From an uncultured Gemmatimonadales bacterium (GTDB taxonomy: Bacteria; Gemmatimonadota; Gemmatimonadetes; Longimicrobiales; Longimicrobiaceae): a stretch of DNA of 64,000 nt. The stretch is from contig OY970303.1 of the NCBI GenBank assembly GCA_963716255.1, forward strand, positions 4,288,001-4,352,000, written 5' to 3'. Below the pieces are notes generated by a model, which did not search any database, was not told the DNA's origin, and saw only the letters and a list, made by a program, of their open reading frames with translations. This document shows, in pieces, positions 1 through 9,066 of the stretch. The position numbers were made by a program, and so were the translations under genes. Positions within the stretch are counted from its first letter, which is position 1, and each line of letters opens with the position of its first letter.

Positions 1-2
1 CG

Positions 3-698
3 GTGCTGCGGCTGGACGACCGCGGCGTGGGCGCGAGCACCGGCCGCTTCGCCCCGTCCACCATCACGGAGCGCGCCGGGGACGCCCGCGCGGCGCTGGC
101 CTTCCTCCGCGCCCGGGCGGAGGTGGACCCCGGCCGGGTCGCGCTGGTGGGGCTGAGCGAGGGCGGGGCCATCGCGGCGATGCTCGCGGCCGGCGACGGC
201 CGGCTCCGCGGCATCGCCCTCCTGGGCAGCCCCGGCGACTCGGGCCGCGCGGTCGCCCGCTACCAGACCCGGGCCCGCGTGGAGGCCGACCCGGCGGTCG
301 CCCCCGCGGGGCGGGACTCGGCGGCGGCCGAGCAGATGCGCGACTGGGAGGCGCGTGCCGCGTCGGACCCGTGGATCGCCTCCTTCCTGCGGCACGACCC
401 GGTGGCCGCGGCGCGCCGCGTACGGGTGCCGGTGTTGGTGATGCACGGAACCCGCGACCGCAACGTGGATCCCGCCGACGCGGCTCGGCTGGGCGCCGCG
501 CTGCGGGCCGCCGGGAACCCGGACGTGACGGTGCGTCTCGTCCCGGGGGTGAGCCACACCATGCTGCGCGATCCGGACGGGGCGCCGGCGCGGGAGATGT
601 ACCTGTACCGGGCTCGGCTCGCCCCCGAGGTGGTGGGCGCGCTGGGGGAGTGGCTGGCGGCGCGGCTGGGACGGCCCGGAACCGTGCCGGTCAAGTAG
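3..698 (+). CDS. Alpha/beta hydrolase (S9/S15 peptidase-esterase-like), 5' truncated by the window edge
   Basis: LRLDDRGVGAS; nucleophile elbow GLSEGG; HGTRDRNV; VSH catalytic His. Confidence 0.85.
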   Translation: MLRLDDRGVGASTGRFAPSTITERAGDARAALAFLRARAEVDPGRVALVGLSEGGAIAAMLAAGDGRLRGIALLGSPGDSGRAVARYQTRARVEADPAVAPAGRDSAAAEQMRDWEARAASDPWIASFLRHDPVAAARRVRVPVLVMHGTRDRNVDPADAARLGAALRAAGNPDVTVRLVPGVSHTMLRDPDGAPAREMYLYRARLAPEVVGALGEWLAARLGRPGTVPVK

Positions 699-768
699 TC
701 AAAGGTGCACTGCCTTGATCGGCCCCTGACCGCTTTTGATCTTCATTGCATGCATTTCCCGACGAACC

Positions 769-797
769 TTGTGAACTACCGGGCGATTCCGTACATT
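769..797 (+). promoter_or_regulatory. Candidate sigma70 promoter for the 866-3620 operon
   Basis: TTGTGA-17 nt-TACATT in an AT-richer intergenic patch. Confidence 0.45.
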
Positions 798-865
798 ATC
801 CACGCGCCCGGAGCACGCGGCTCCCGCCCCGCCCGTTCGCGAACCTGCCGCTCTACCGTACGCGC

Positions 866-1447
866 ATGCCGCAGGCATTCCGCCAAAAGCTTTCCCGGCT
901 GTTCACCCTTCCCGACCTCGGTGCCCTGGACGGCGCGCGCTTCGCCGTGCTGGTGCTCGGCATCCTGGCGGCGGGTCTGTGGATGGGAGTGAAGGGGCTG
1001 GAGTCGCACGCCGACTTCCGGCGCCGCCGTGTGCAGATGGAGCTGAAGGCCCGGGCGTGGTCCCCGCTGACGTACCGCCAGCCGCTGCGGGTGAAGGCGT
1101 CCGGCGGGGCGCCTGCGAGCGCTGCACCCGCTGTGCTGGTGCGCGCCGACTCGCTCCCGCGCGCGGAGGAGGCCCGCCTGTGCGGCCTGCTCCGCGCGCC
1201 CGGGGGCGCCCGCTGGTACTCGCTTTCCGCGGAGGTTCCCGGGTGCGCGCTGGACCGCACCTCGGCGCGGGTGTCCGTTGCCGTTTCCGGGAAGGACGCC
1301 GGGCTGCGGGGCGCGCGCTGGATCCTGGTGGAGGGAGACTCCATGGCGCTGTACAGCCTGCGCGAGCTTCCCTCCCCGGCGGAGGCGCGCCGGATCCTCG
1401 AAGCCTTCACGCCGCCCATCGTCCCGACCACCGCCTCCCGCCCATGA
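866..1447 (+). CDS. Membrane-anchored hypothetical protein
   Basis: ATG at 866; one hydrophobic helix FAVLVLGILAAGLWMGV; stop overlaps the next ATG (ATGA). Confidence 0.65.
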   Translation: MPQAFRQKLSRLFTLPDLGALDGARFAVLVLGILAAGLWMGVKGLESHADFRRRRVQMELKARAWSPLTYRQPLRVKASGGAPASAAPAVLVRADSLPRAEEARLCGLLRAPGGARWYSLSAEVPGCALDRTSARVSVAVSGKDAGLRGARWILVEGDSMALYSLRELPSPAEARRILEAFTPPIVPTTASRP

Positions 1448-2703
1448 TCCCCCTCCGGAAACCCTCTTCGCCGCTCCTCGCGCTCGGCATGGCCGCGGCG
1501 CTCGCCGGGTGCGGCGGCGACAAGATGAAGGCGGAGCTCGCCTCGCCGCTGTACGCCGCCCCCGTCGCGGCCACCCTCGTGGCCACCGTGGACGCCGGCG
1601 AAGCGCTCCCGGCGGAGCGCGCGCCGGAGATTCCCGCCGCGCGCCGGGTGTTCTCGCTGGGTACGGTGGACGGCGACGAGCGCTACATGTTCGGGCAGAT
1701 CGCAGACGTGGCCGCCAGCCGCGGCGGCGACACCGTGTACGTGCTGGACCGGATGGAGCGCAGGGTCAAGGCGTTCGACTCCAGGGGGGAGTTCCTCTTC
1801 GATTTCGGCCGGGGCGGGGACGGGCCGGGGGAGTACCAGGCGCCCTCCAGCCTGGTGACGCTTCCCTGGAACGGGCGCCTGGGGGTGTGGGACTGGGAGC
1901 AGCAGCGGCTCACCGTCCTGACGCCGGAGGGCAGGGTGGTGGAGACGCTGCGTCCGCTGCGGGAGGCCAAGCAGGGCGTGGTGCGGACCGGGCAGCGGCT
2001 GCGGGCGTACCGGGACGGCTTCATCATCGAGGTGCGCAGCGACCCGCTGGTCATCCCCCCGGCGCGGCAGCGCGGATACCTGGTGCGGCTGGACACGCTG
2101 GGGCAGGCCCGCGACACGGTGCTCGACTTCGCCATCCCCACCATCGAGGCGGAGCAGCGCACCTACGGGACGAGCAGCACCAGCACGCACTGGTCGGCCC
2201 CGCCCGACTTCACGCCATCGCCCACCTGGGACGCCTTCCCCGACGGATCGGTGGTGTTCGTTCCCGGCGGCCCGTACGAGGTGTACCGGGTGGGGTCGGA
2301 CCGCGCCGTCCGCCGCGTGAAGCGCCCCTGGATTCATCAGGCAGTCACCCGCCGGGACCGCGTGATCAACCTGCGCGAGTCGCAGGAGCGCGGCATGTTC
2401 AGCAAACAGATCCCCATGCTGCTGCTGGAGGCGATCAACCGGAAGCACTTCGCCGCGACCCGCCCGGCGCTTTCGGGCGCGCTTGCGCTGGAGGACGGCG
2501 GCGTGGCTGCGCGCCGCTTCGACGTGGCGGACGAGTGGGAGGGGCGTTCCCGCACCTGGGACGAGTACTCACCGGCGGGAACGCCCCGCGGCACCGTCCG
2601 CTATCCGGCGGGCTTCGAGCCCCTGCTCTCCAGGCACGGCCGCGTCTACGGTGTGCGCCGCGACGAGCTGGCCGTGGACCACCTGGAGGTCTACCGCCGA
2701 TGA
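1444..2703 (+). CDS. 6-bladed beta-propeller lipoprotein (NHL-like)
   Basis: Lipobox LAGC; motifs VYVLD...VKAFDSRGEFLFDFGRGGDGPGEY and YGVRRDELAV; ATGA coupling at both ends. Confidence 0.8.
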   Translation: MIPLRKPSSPLLALGMAAALAGCGGDKMKAELASPLYAAPVAATLVATVDAGEALPAERAPEIPAARRVFSLGTVDGDERYMFGQIADVAASRGGDTVYVLDRMERRVKAFDSRGEFLFDFGRGGDGPGEYQAPSSLVTLPWNGRLGVWDWEQQRLTVLTPEGRVVETLRPLREAKQGVVRTGQRLRAYRDGFIIEVRSDPLVIPPARQRGYLVRLDTLGQARDTVLDFAIPTIEAEQRTYGTSSTSTHWSAPPDFTPSPTWDAFPDGSVVFVPGGPYEVYRVGSDRAVRRVKRPWIHQAVTRRDRVINLRESQERGMFSKQIPMLLLEAINRKHFAATRPALSGALALEDGGVAARRFDVADEWEGRSRTWDEYSPAGTPRGTVRYPAGFEPLLSRHGRVYGVRRDELAVDHLEVYRR

Positions 2704-3284
2704 CGCCCGGCGCACGGCCTCGGCGCAGAAGGTGGAGGGTGGCCGCCGCCGCGCTGGCTCTCCTGGTGGCGACGCTGGCGTGGCGCGGGTTGACGGCGGT
2801 CCGCGAGCTGAGCGCGGCGCTGCGCTACGAGGGCGAGCCGACCGAAGCCATCGTCACGGTGCGTGCTCTGGGCGGCGCCACGGCACGGCCGCTCGGCGGA
2901 GGCGCCGCGGTGGACCTCGGGAGCCTGGAGCGCGCCGTCGTCTTCGTCTTCGACCCGGCGTGCTCGCCCACGGCCGGCAACATGTGGAACTGGGTGGACG
3001 TGCTCGGAGCGCCGGAGGCGCGTTCGGTCCGCAGGCTCGCGGTGACGCTGAACGGGATGCCGGGCGCGGTGGAGTACTGGCGGCGGCTGGGCGGGCGGGT
3101 AGAAGTGGTGGCCGTGGACTCCGCCACCATGCGGAACCGCCTGCGGGTGGACGCCACGCCCGCTACCCTGCTATTGGAAGACGGCGCCGTGCGGCAGGTG
3201 TACGCGGGGCCGCTGAATGCCCTTGCGAAGCAGGAGGTGGTCGCGTGGCTCGGCCGCCCGCCCGCTGCGGCCCGGAAACGCTGA
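2700..3284 (+). CDS. Membrane-anchored thioredoxin-fold protein with degenerate active site (CSPT)
   Basis: N-terminal TM; VVFVFDPACSPT...NW; ATPATLLLEDGAVRQVYAG cis-Pro motif. Confidence 0.7.
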   Translation: MTPGARPRRRRWRVAAAALALLVATLAWRGLTAVRELSAALRYEGEPTEAIVTVRALGGATARPLGGGAAVDLGSLERAVVFVFDPACSPTAGNMWNWVDVLGAPEARSVRRLAVTLNGMPGAVEYWRRLGGRVEVVAVDSATMRNRLRVDATPATLLLEDGAVRQVYAGPLNALAKQEVVAWLGRPPAAARKR

Positions 3285-3353
3285 GACGGCAGGGTCGGGG
3301 GGTCCGTAGCCAGGCAGGCCGAAACCCGCTTTCACCCATTCACCGGAGATCTC

Positions 3354-3620
3354 ATGAGAGACGCCACTCGCCGAAGAGCCATCGCCCTGAAGCTCGCGCT
3401 CCTCGTCCTGTTCGCGGGAGCCGGGCTCTTCATCTCGCCCAACCTCGTGCAGCGAGCGTATGCGTTCAGCGTGGACCGCTGCACCGCGACCTGCAAGTAC
3501 GGGTCGTGCACCGGCACGGGGAACTGCACCTGCACGTGCTCCTTCTGGTCGGGTACCCCTGTGTGCAACTGTACCGGTCTGGAGGGCGGTGAATCGCCGG
3601 ACAGCACCATCGCGAACTGA
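3354..3620 (+). CDS. Secreted cysteine-rich peptide (8 Cys)
   Basis: RBS GGAG; Sec signal ending in AYA; mature part C-x3-C-x4-C-x5-C-x-C-x-C-x8-C-x-C. Confidence 0.8.
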   Translation: MRDATRRRAIALKLALLVLFAGAGLFISPNLVQRAYAFSVDRCTATCKYGSCTGTGNCTCTCSFWSGTPVCNCTGLEGGESPDSTIAN

Positions 3621-3715
3621 TCCGTCGCTGGCGGGTCCCCCGGCCCGACGAACAGGGAGCGGAGCGCCATCGCGGCGCTCCGCTCCTCGTGCTTTCCGGG
3701 GTGGCGGCGCCCGGC

Positions 3716-3956
3716 CTACTGATCCACCAGCCAGTCCTTTGCGGCTTCCAGCTCGTCGAACGCCCGGAGCGCGCGCCGCGTGAAGAGCAGGATGGTGCCG
3801 AAGACGGCGCGATGGATGCCGGACATCCCCACCACCGCCCCCGCGCGCACGAAGGGCCGGTTGTGCTCCGCCAGCGCCTCGATCGCCCGGATCACCTCCG
3901 TGTTGTAGCGCGCGTCCCGCACGTACGTGAGGGTGAGCAGCGACCCCGGCGCCTGC
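3716..3956 (-). pseudogene. 5'-truncated STAS/SpoIIAA-like small protein fused to a repeat fragment
   Basis: Frame reads ..QAPGSLLTLTYVRDARYN...AVVG...FDELEAAKDWL; no proper start, and the upstream sequence is family A repeat. Confidence 0.5.
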
Positions 3957-3969
3957 CGGGGGCACGCCC
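3941..3969 (-). repeat. Family A element, 5' fragment
   Basis: GGGCGTGCCCCCGGCAGGCGCCGGGGTCG on the minus strand. Confidence 0.7.
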
Positions 3970-3991
3970 GAATCCGCCCTCGAACGCGTCG

Positions 3992-4612
3992 TCAGAGAAT
4001 CCGTCGTCCCGCGGCGTCGAACGCCTCCACCACGGCTTCATGCGCGGGCGACCCGGAAAGCTCGTCGGCGAGAAGACCCCAGACCATGGTGTCGCGTGGC
4101 CCCCCGTCGGGGGCCACGGCGTCGGCGCGCAGGGTGGCCTCGTGCCGGAACCCCAGCTTGGCGGGGATGGCGGAGCTGCGCGTGTTCAGCGGGTCGCAGC
4201 GGATCTCCAGGCGCCGCACCCGCTCCACCTCGAAGGCCACCCGGGTGAGCGCGGCCGAGGCCTCCGTGGCCAGCCCGCGCCCCACGTGCTCGGCGTGGAT
4301 CCAGTAGCCGATCTCGCGGCGCTCCCCGGCGCGCGTGTGCAGCCCCGTCCCGCCGAGAAGGCGGGCCTCGGCACGGTCGAAGATGCCGTACATGAAGTCC
4401 TCGCCCAGGTCGAAGTTGCCCCGGAAGCGGCGCAGGTCGGCGATGCGCGCGTCCATCCCCTTGGGCTCGGCTGCGGCCCACGGCATCCAGGCGCGCAGGT
4501 GATCCAGGCTGGCCTCCACGGCGCTGCTCAGGAGCGCCGCGTCGCGCGGGTCCCAGCAGCGGACCACCAGCCGCGGCGTGTGGACGCGGTACGCGGGGCC
4601 GGGGACGCTCAC
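3992..4612 (-). CDS. GNAT acetyltransferase, RimJ/RimL family
   Basis: HLRAWMPW; EIGYWI; GRGLATEA; NTRSSAIPAKLGF. Confidence 0.9.
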   Translation of the reverse strand: MSVPGPAYRVHTPRLVVRCWDPRDAALLSSAVEASLDHLRAWMPWAAAEPKGMDARIADLRRFRGNFDLGEDFMYGIFDRAEARLLGGTGLHTRAGERREIGYWIHAEHVGRGLATEASAALTRVAFEVERVRRLEIRCDPLNTRSSAIPAKLGFRHEATLRADAVAPDGGPRDTMVWGLLADELSGSPAHEAVVEAFDAAGRRIL

Positions 4613-4878
4613 GCGGCGCCCTCCCCGGCGGCGGGCGCGCCGGAGCCCACCAGGAAGTGCTCGTCGGCGCGGTCGTGGTCGATCTGCTCGCGCAGGAGCG
4701 GACCGGCGGGGGCGTCGTGCGTCATGCGGGGACCTCCGGGTCGTGGGGGCGGAGGGGAGGCCTGCGGCGTGGCGTCCGCAAAACTACGGGGCTCCCGCGG
4801 AACCGGCCAGGGGCCGCGGCGCGCGGCTTGCGCGCGGTGGGAGCGGAGGCCGCGGGGACCACGAGCGAGGAGGTGAGA

Positions 4879-5580
4879 ATGCTGGAGCACGGGTGGGACG
4901 TGACGCCGGTGGAGGCGAAGCGCATCCAGGAGGAGCTGCGCCGCGAGCTGGTGCTGGAGCCGCCGCCCGGCTTCGCGCCGCGGCTGGCGGGCGGGGCGGA
5001 CATGTCGTTCGAGCGCTTCGCCACCCACGGGTACGCCGGGGTGGTGGTGCTGGACACGGAGTCCATGGAAACGGTGGCGGAGGGGGCGGCGGAGGCGGAG
5101 CTCGCTTTTCCCTACGTGCCGGGGTTCCTTTCCTTCCGCGAGCTGCCGCCCATCATGGTGGCGTGGGAGCGGCTGGAGCGAAAGCCGGACGTGCTGGTGT
5201 TCGACGGGCAGGGGACGGCGCACCCGCGTCGCTTCGGGGTGGCGTGCCACGGCGGGCTGCTCCTGGGCGTCCCCTCCATCGGGTGCGCCAAGTCGCTGCT
5301 GGTGGGGACCCACGGTCCGCTGGGCGAGGAGCGGGGCTCCACGGCGGCGCTGGTGCACCGCGGCGAGACGGTGGGGATGGTGGTTCGCACCCGCACGGGG
5401 GTGAAGCCGGTGTACGTGTCGCCGGGGCACCGCATGGACCTGGACACGGCGGTGGAGATCGTCCTGCGCCTCTGCCCGCGCTTCCGGGAGCCGGAGACGA
5501 CGCGGCGCAGCCACCAGCTGGTCAACAACCTGCGCAGAAAGGCGGGGGAGGAGCGCGCGAGGCTGCCTCCAAATCCTTGA
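4879..5580 (+). CDS. nfi: Endonuclease V (deoxyinosine 3'-endonuclease)
   Basis: FPYVPGFLSFRE; DGQGTAHPRRFGVACH; KPVYVSPGH; EPETTR. Confidence 0.95.
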   Translation: MLEHGWDVTPVEAKRIQEELRRELVLEPPPGFAPRLAGGADMSFERFATHGYAGVVVLDTESMETVAEGAAEAELAFPYVPGFLSFRELPPIMVAWERLERKPDVLVFDGQGTAHPRRFGVACHGGLLLGVPSIGCAKSLLVGTHGPLGEERGSTAALVHRGETVGMVVRTRTGVKPVYVSPGHRMDLDTAVEIVLRLCPRFREPETTRRSHQLVNNLRRKAGEERARLPPNP

Positions 5581-5649
5581 CCGGGGCCGGTTTTCGCCGC
5601 ATCCTTCCATGTGCGCGGGCCCGTTCCTCACCCCACACCCCACCCCGCC

Positions 5650-6423
5650 ATGATCGCGCTCCCCGTCGGCTCGTCCCTCCGGCTCCTCGCGGCCGGCCTC
5701 GCCGCCCTCTGCTCGCTCGCGGCCGGGGAGGCGCGCGCCCAGCAGGGCTCCTCCGCCCTGGTGGTGTCGGTCACGTCGCAGGGCTCCGGGCGGCCGGTGA
5801 TGGGGGCGCGGGTGTCGGTGGTGGGCACCGGGATCGCGGCCACCACCGACGCCGCCGGCCGGCTGCGCATGGTGGGGGTGCCGGTGGGGGTGCAGACGGT
5901 GGAGGTGCGCCGCCTGGGCTACGCCACCCGGCTCAAGCTGGTGGACCTCAGGGCGGGCGAGTCCACCCCGGTGGCCTTCGACCTGGAGGTGGTGGCGATC
6001 CCGGTGGCCGCGATCCGCGTGGAAGCCAAGCGGCGCGACTGGGGGGCCGAGTACCTGGAGCGCAACGGCTTCGACCGGCGCCGCAGGAACGGGCTGGGCG
6101 CCTTCCTCACCCGCGCCGACATCGAGCGGCGGCGACCCCACTTCCTGAGCGACGCGCTGCGCTCGGTGTCCGGGCTCAGCTTCCGGCCCAACGGGATGCG
6201 CGGCGACGCCTACGTGTCCATGACGCGCACGGGGAGCCGCCCCTGCCCGGTGCAGTACTTCGTGGACGGCCAGCTCATCGGCCCCGGCTTCAACATCGAC
6301 GAGATCTCCGCCGGCGACGTGGAGGGACTGGAGGTGTACCGCGGGGCGTCGCAGGTGCCGCCGGAGTTCAACCGCCGCACCTCGGCGTGCGGGGTGATCG
6401 CGGTGTGGACCCGGCCGCAGTGA
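5650..6423 (+). CDS. Secreted carboxypeptidase-regulatory-like domain plus TonB plug-like domain protein (no barrel)
   Basis: Signal peptide; TTDAAGRLRMVGVPVG; CPVQYFVDG...DVEGLEVYRG...CGVIAVWTR. Confidence 0.8.
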   Translation: MIALPVGSSLRLLAAGLAALCSLAAGEARAQQGSSALVVSVTSQGSGRPVMGARVSVVGTGIAATTDAAGRLRMVGVPVGVQTVEVRRLGYATRLKLVDLRAGESTPVAFDLEVVAIPVAAIRVEAKRRDWGAEYLERNGFDRRRRNGLGAFLTRADIERRRPHFLSDALRSVSGLSFRPNGMRGDAYVSMTRTGSRPCPVQYFVDGQLIGPGFNIDEISAGDVEGLEVYRGASQVPPEFNRRTSACGVIAVWTRPQ

Positions 6424-6428
6424 ACGGG

Positions 6429-6470
6429 AGTGCGAGTGTGCGGGAGTGCGAAAGTGCGGGCGTGAACGGC
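6429..6470 (+). repeat. Family C short repeat (AGTGCG(A/G)(A/G)AGTG...AACGGC)
   Basis: Same motif at 30410-30428, 39155-39172 (reverse), 41263-41287 and 41348-41370 (reverse). Confidence 0.55.
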
Positions 6471-6626
6471 GGGGCGATGGGCTGAGGGCGGATGCGGGGA
6501 GCCCCTCCGGACGGGTGGGGCTCTTCGTGCTTCGGCCGGGTTCGCGTGAAGCATCTTTCTCCCACCGTCCTGAATGCGCCCTCGCGGGGGGCGCTCCTCC
6601 GCCGGGTCCCCTTTCCGGTCGTGCGC

Positions 6627-8741
6627 ATGGCTTTCTACAGGAACCTGGTTCTCGCGGCGGGGCTGCTGCTCGCGGGGCGCCCGCTGGACGCGCAGGCGGT
6701 GCGCGGCGCCCTGGTGGAAAGCGCGGGCGGGCGCCCCGTCGCGGGGGCGTTCGTGGTGCTGCTGGACGCGGCGGGGAAGCAGGTGGCGGGCGGCTTCACG
6801 GACGCGGCGGGCGCCTTCCTGGTGCAGGCGCCGGGGCCGGGGAGCTACACGCTGCGGGCGGAACGGGTGGGCTTCGCCGCGGTGCGCTCCCCGGCGCTGC
6901 GGCTGGGCGCGGGGGAAACGGTGACGCACGGGCTGGAGATGGGGAGCGGGCCGGTGCAGCTGGAGGGGCTGGTGGTGCAGGCGGAGAAGCGGCGCTGCGC
7001 CGCGCTCGCCCAGGCGGGCGAGGCGACGGCGGCGCTGTGGGAGGAGGCGCGCAAGGCGCTGGGCGCCGCGGCGTGGACGGAGTCGCGGCGGCGCTTCCGC
7101 TACACCATCCAGCGGCACGTGCGCACCATGGACGTGGCGCTGCGTGTGCAGGCGGAGGAAGGGCAGCGGCTCACCGGCTTCGCGGGGAGCCCTTTCGTCA
7201 GCGTCCCGGCGGAGCGGCTGGCGCGCGAGGGCTTTTCCCGGCAGGAGGGCGACTCCACGGCGTACTTCGCCCCGGACGCGGCCGTGCTCCTTTCGGACGA
7301 GTTCCTGGACACGCACTGCTTCCGCGTGCAGGCGGGCGAGGGCGAGACCCGCGCGCTGGTGGGGCTGGCCTTCGAGCCGGTGCGGGGGCGCGGCCTCCCC
7401 GACGTGCGCGGCGCCCTGTGGCTGGACCCGGGCAGCGCGGAGCTTCGCCACCTGGAGTTCGAGTACACGGGGCTGGAGCTGCGCGGGGCCACGAGCCGCC
7501 TGGGCGGGCGGGTGGAGTTCGAGCGGCTTCCCTCGGGCGAGTGGATCGTCCCCCGCTGGCGCATCCGCGTCCCCGTGGTGGGGACGGACACCCTGAAGGT
7601 GGGAGCAAACCACTTCGAGCGCCGCCGGATGGCGGGGATCCGGGAGGCGGCGGGGGAGGTGCTGGAGGTGCGCTCGCCGGCGGGGGAGCTGATCCGCTCC
7701 ACGCAGCGCGCGTCGCTCGCCGGCGTGGTGTTCGACAGCACGCGCCTGGCGCCGCTGGCGGGGGCGCGGGTGCGGCTCGCGGGCACCGCCGTGGAGGCGC
7801 GGACCGACGCGGAGGGCCGCTTCCGGATCGCCGACGTGTCGGAGGGCCGCTTCAGCGTGGTCTTTTCCCACCCGCGCGCCGACTCGCTCGAGTATTCCCC
7901 CCCGCCCAGGACGGTGGACCTGCGGCGCGGCGCGGACGACGAGGTGAGGCTCGCCCTCCCCCCGCTGGCGGCGGTGCTGGCGGCGCGCTGCTCGCCGGCC
8001 GAGCGGCGGGCGGGGACCGGCGTGGTGGCGGGGACGGTGCGGGCGGAGGGGACGGCGCCGCCCCCGGGGACGCCGGTGCTGCTCACCTGGGCGGGCGCCG
8101 GCACGGCGCCGGCGGGCCGCACCGTGGCGTGGACGGACGCGGAGGGACGCTACGTGGCCTGCGCGGTGCCGCCGGGGGTGGCGGTGCAGGCGCGGGCCGG
8201 CTCGCCCGCGGGCGTGGCCGCGGAGGTGCGGGCGAGTGCGGACCGCCCCACGCTCCACGACCTCGCCCTCCCCGCGCCCAGGGCGGTGGTGCTGGAGGGG
8301 CTGGCGGTGGTCGCGGCGTCGCCGGAGGAGCGGGCGGCCCGCGCGGGCGGCACGCGCACCGACCTGGTGCTGCGTGCCGAGATCGAGGCGCTGCGCTCCG
8401 TCGCGGGCCACGTGGGCGACCTGGTGCGGCGCTTTCCCGGCGTCACCATCCAGGAAAACTTCGAGAACAGCGGCTCCAGCATCGCCACGGGGGTGTGCCT
8501 GGTTCAGCGGCGCAAGACGCAGGACACCCCGTGCGCGGCGGTGATCGTGGACAACGTGGTGGTGCCGGAGGGGATGCGCGAGATCGTCGCCCGCCCGCTC
8601 TCCGAGCTGGAAAGCATCCAGTTCATCCCCTCCGTGGCCGCCATGGGCAGGTACGGGACCGAGGCGCGCGGCGGGGCGCTGGTGATCTACACCGCCGGCA
8701 AGGGGCCGCACGCCCGCCGGCCGGGGACGCAGCCGGATTGA
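6627..8741 (+). CDS. Secreted multi-carboxypeptidase-regulatory-domain protein with C-terminal plug-like domain
   Basis: Signal peptide; three TD(A)xGxF/Y modules; C-terminal YGTEARGGALVIYT. Confidence 0.8.
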   Translation: MAFYRNLVLAAGLLLAGRPLDAQAVRGALVESAGGRPVAGAFVVLLDAAGKQVAGGFTDAAGAFLVQAPGPGSYTLRAERVGFAAVRSPALRLGAGETVTHGLEMGSGPVQLEGLVVQAEKRRCAALAQAGEATAALWEEARKALGAAAWTESRRRFRYTIQRHVRTMDVALRVQAEEGQRLTGFAGSPFVSVPAERLAREGFSRQEGDSTAYFAPDAAVLLSDEFLDTHCFRVQAGEGETRALVGLAFEPVRGRGLPDVRGALWLDPGSAELRHLEFEYTGLELRGATSRLGGRVEFERLPSGEWIVPRWRIRVPVVGTDTLKVGANHFERRRMAGIREAAGEVLEVRSPAGELIRSTQRASLAGVVFDSTRLAPLAGARVRLAGTAVEARTDAEGRFRIADVSEGRFSVVFSHPRADSLEYSPPPRTVDLRRGADDEVRLALPPLAAVLAARCSPAERRAGTGVVAGTVRAEGTAPPPGTPVLLTWAGAGTAPAGRTVAWTDAEGRYVACAVPPGVAVQARAGSPAGVAAEVRASADRPTLHDLALPAPRAVVLEGLAVVAASPEERAARAGGTRTDLVLRAEIEALRSVAGHVGDLVRRFPGVTIQENFENSGSSIATGVCLVQRRKTQDTPCAAVIVDNVVVPEGMREIVARPLSELESIQFIPSVAAMGRYGTEARGGALVIYTAGKGPHARRPGTQPD

Positions 8742-8832
8742 AGAGCCCGCCCCCGAACGGCGGCCCGGGACGGTCCCGGGACCGCGAGCCCACGACACGC
8801 CGCCGGGCCGCATGACCTCCAGCGCGAGCCCC

Positions 8833-8961
8833 GCGTGAGGGATTTCGGCCCGAAGGGGCGAGACCCCGCGGCAGTTTGCGGGGGCTCGACTCCGTTAGCG
8901 AGCGTAGTTTGCTCGCTTACGGAGCCGAAGCCCGACCCCGGCGCCAGCCGGGGGCACGCCC
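8833..8961 (-). repeat. Family A structured element (Flavo-1-like), full copy
   Basis: GGGCGTG...GTCGGGCT...ATCCCTCACGC on the minus strand; between convergent genes. Confidence 0.9.
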
Positions 8962-9000
8962 GACCCCGCCGTTGCCGTCCAAAGCCGTTGCCGTAAAAAC

Positions 9001-9036
9001 GGAGCCCCCGGCCGCTCAAACCCGGCCGGGGGCTCC
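9001..9036. terminator. Hairpin downstream of pdhC
   Basis: GGAGCCCCCGGCCG / CGGCCGGGGGCTCC inverted repeat; T-run (TTTTT) follows on the minus strand. Confidence 0.7.
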
Positions 9037-9066
9037 ATCTTCACATCATTACGAAACCGCCGATCC

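Noticed and set aside
4609..4725. 38-aa ORF coupled to the GNAT start
   Set aside because: No recognisable motif; too little support
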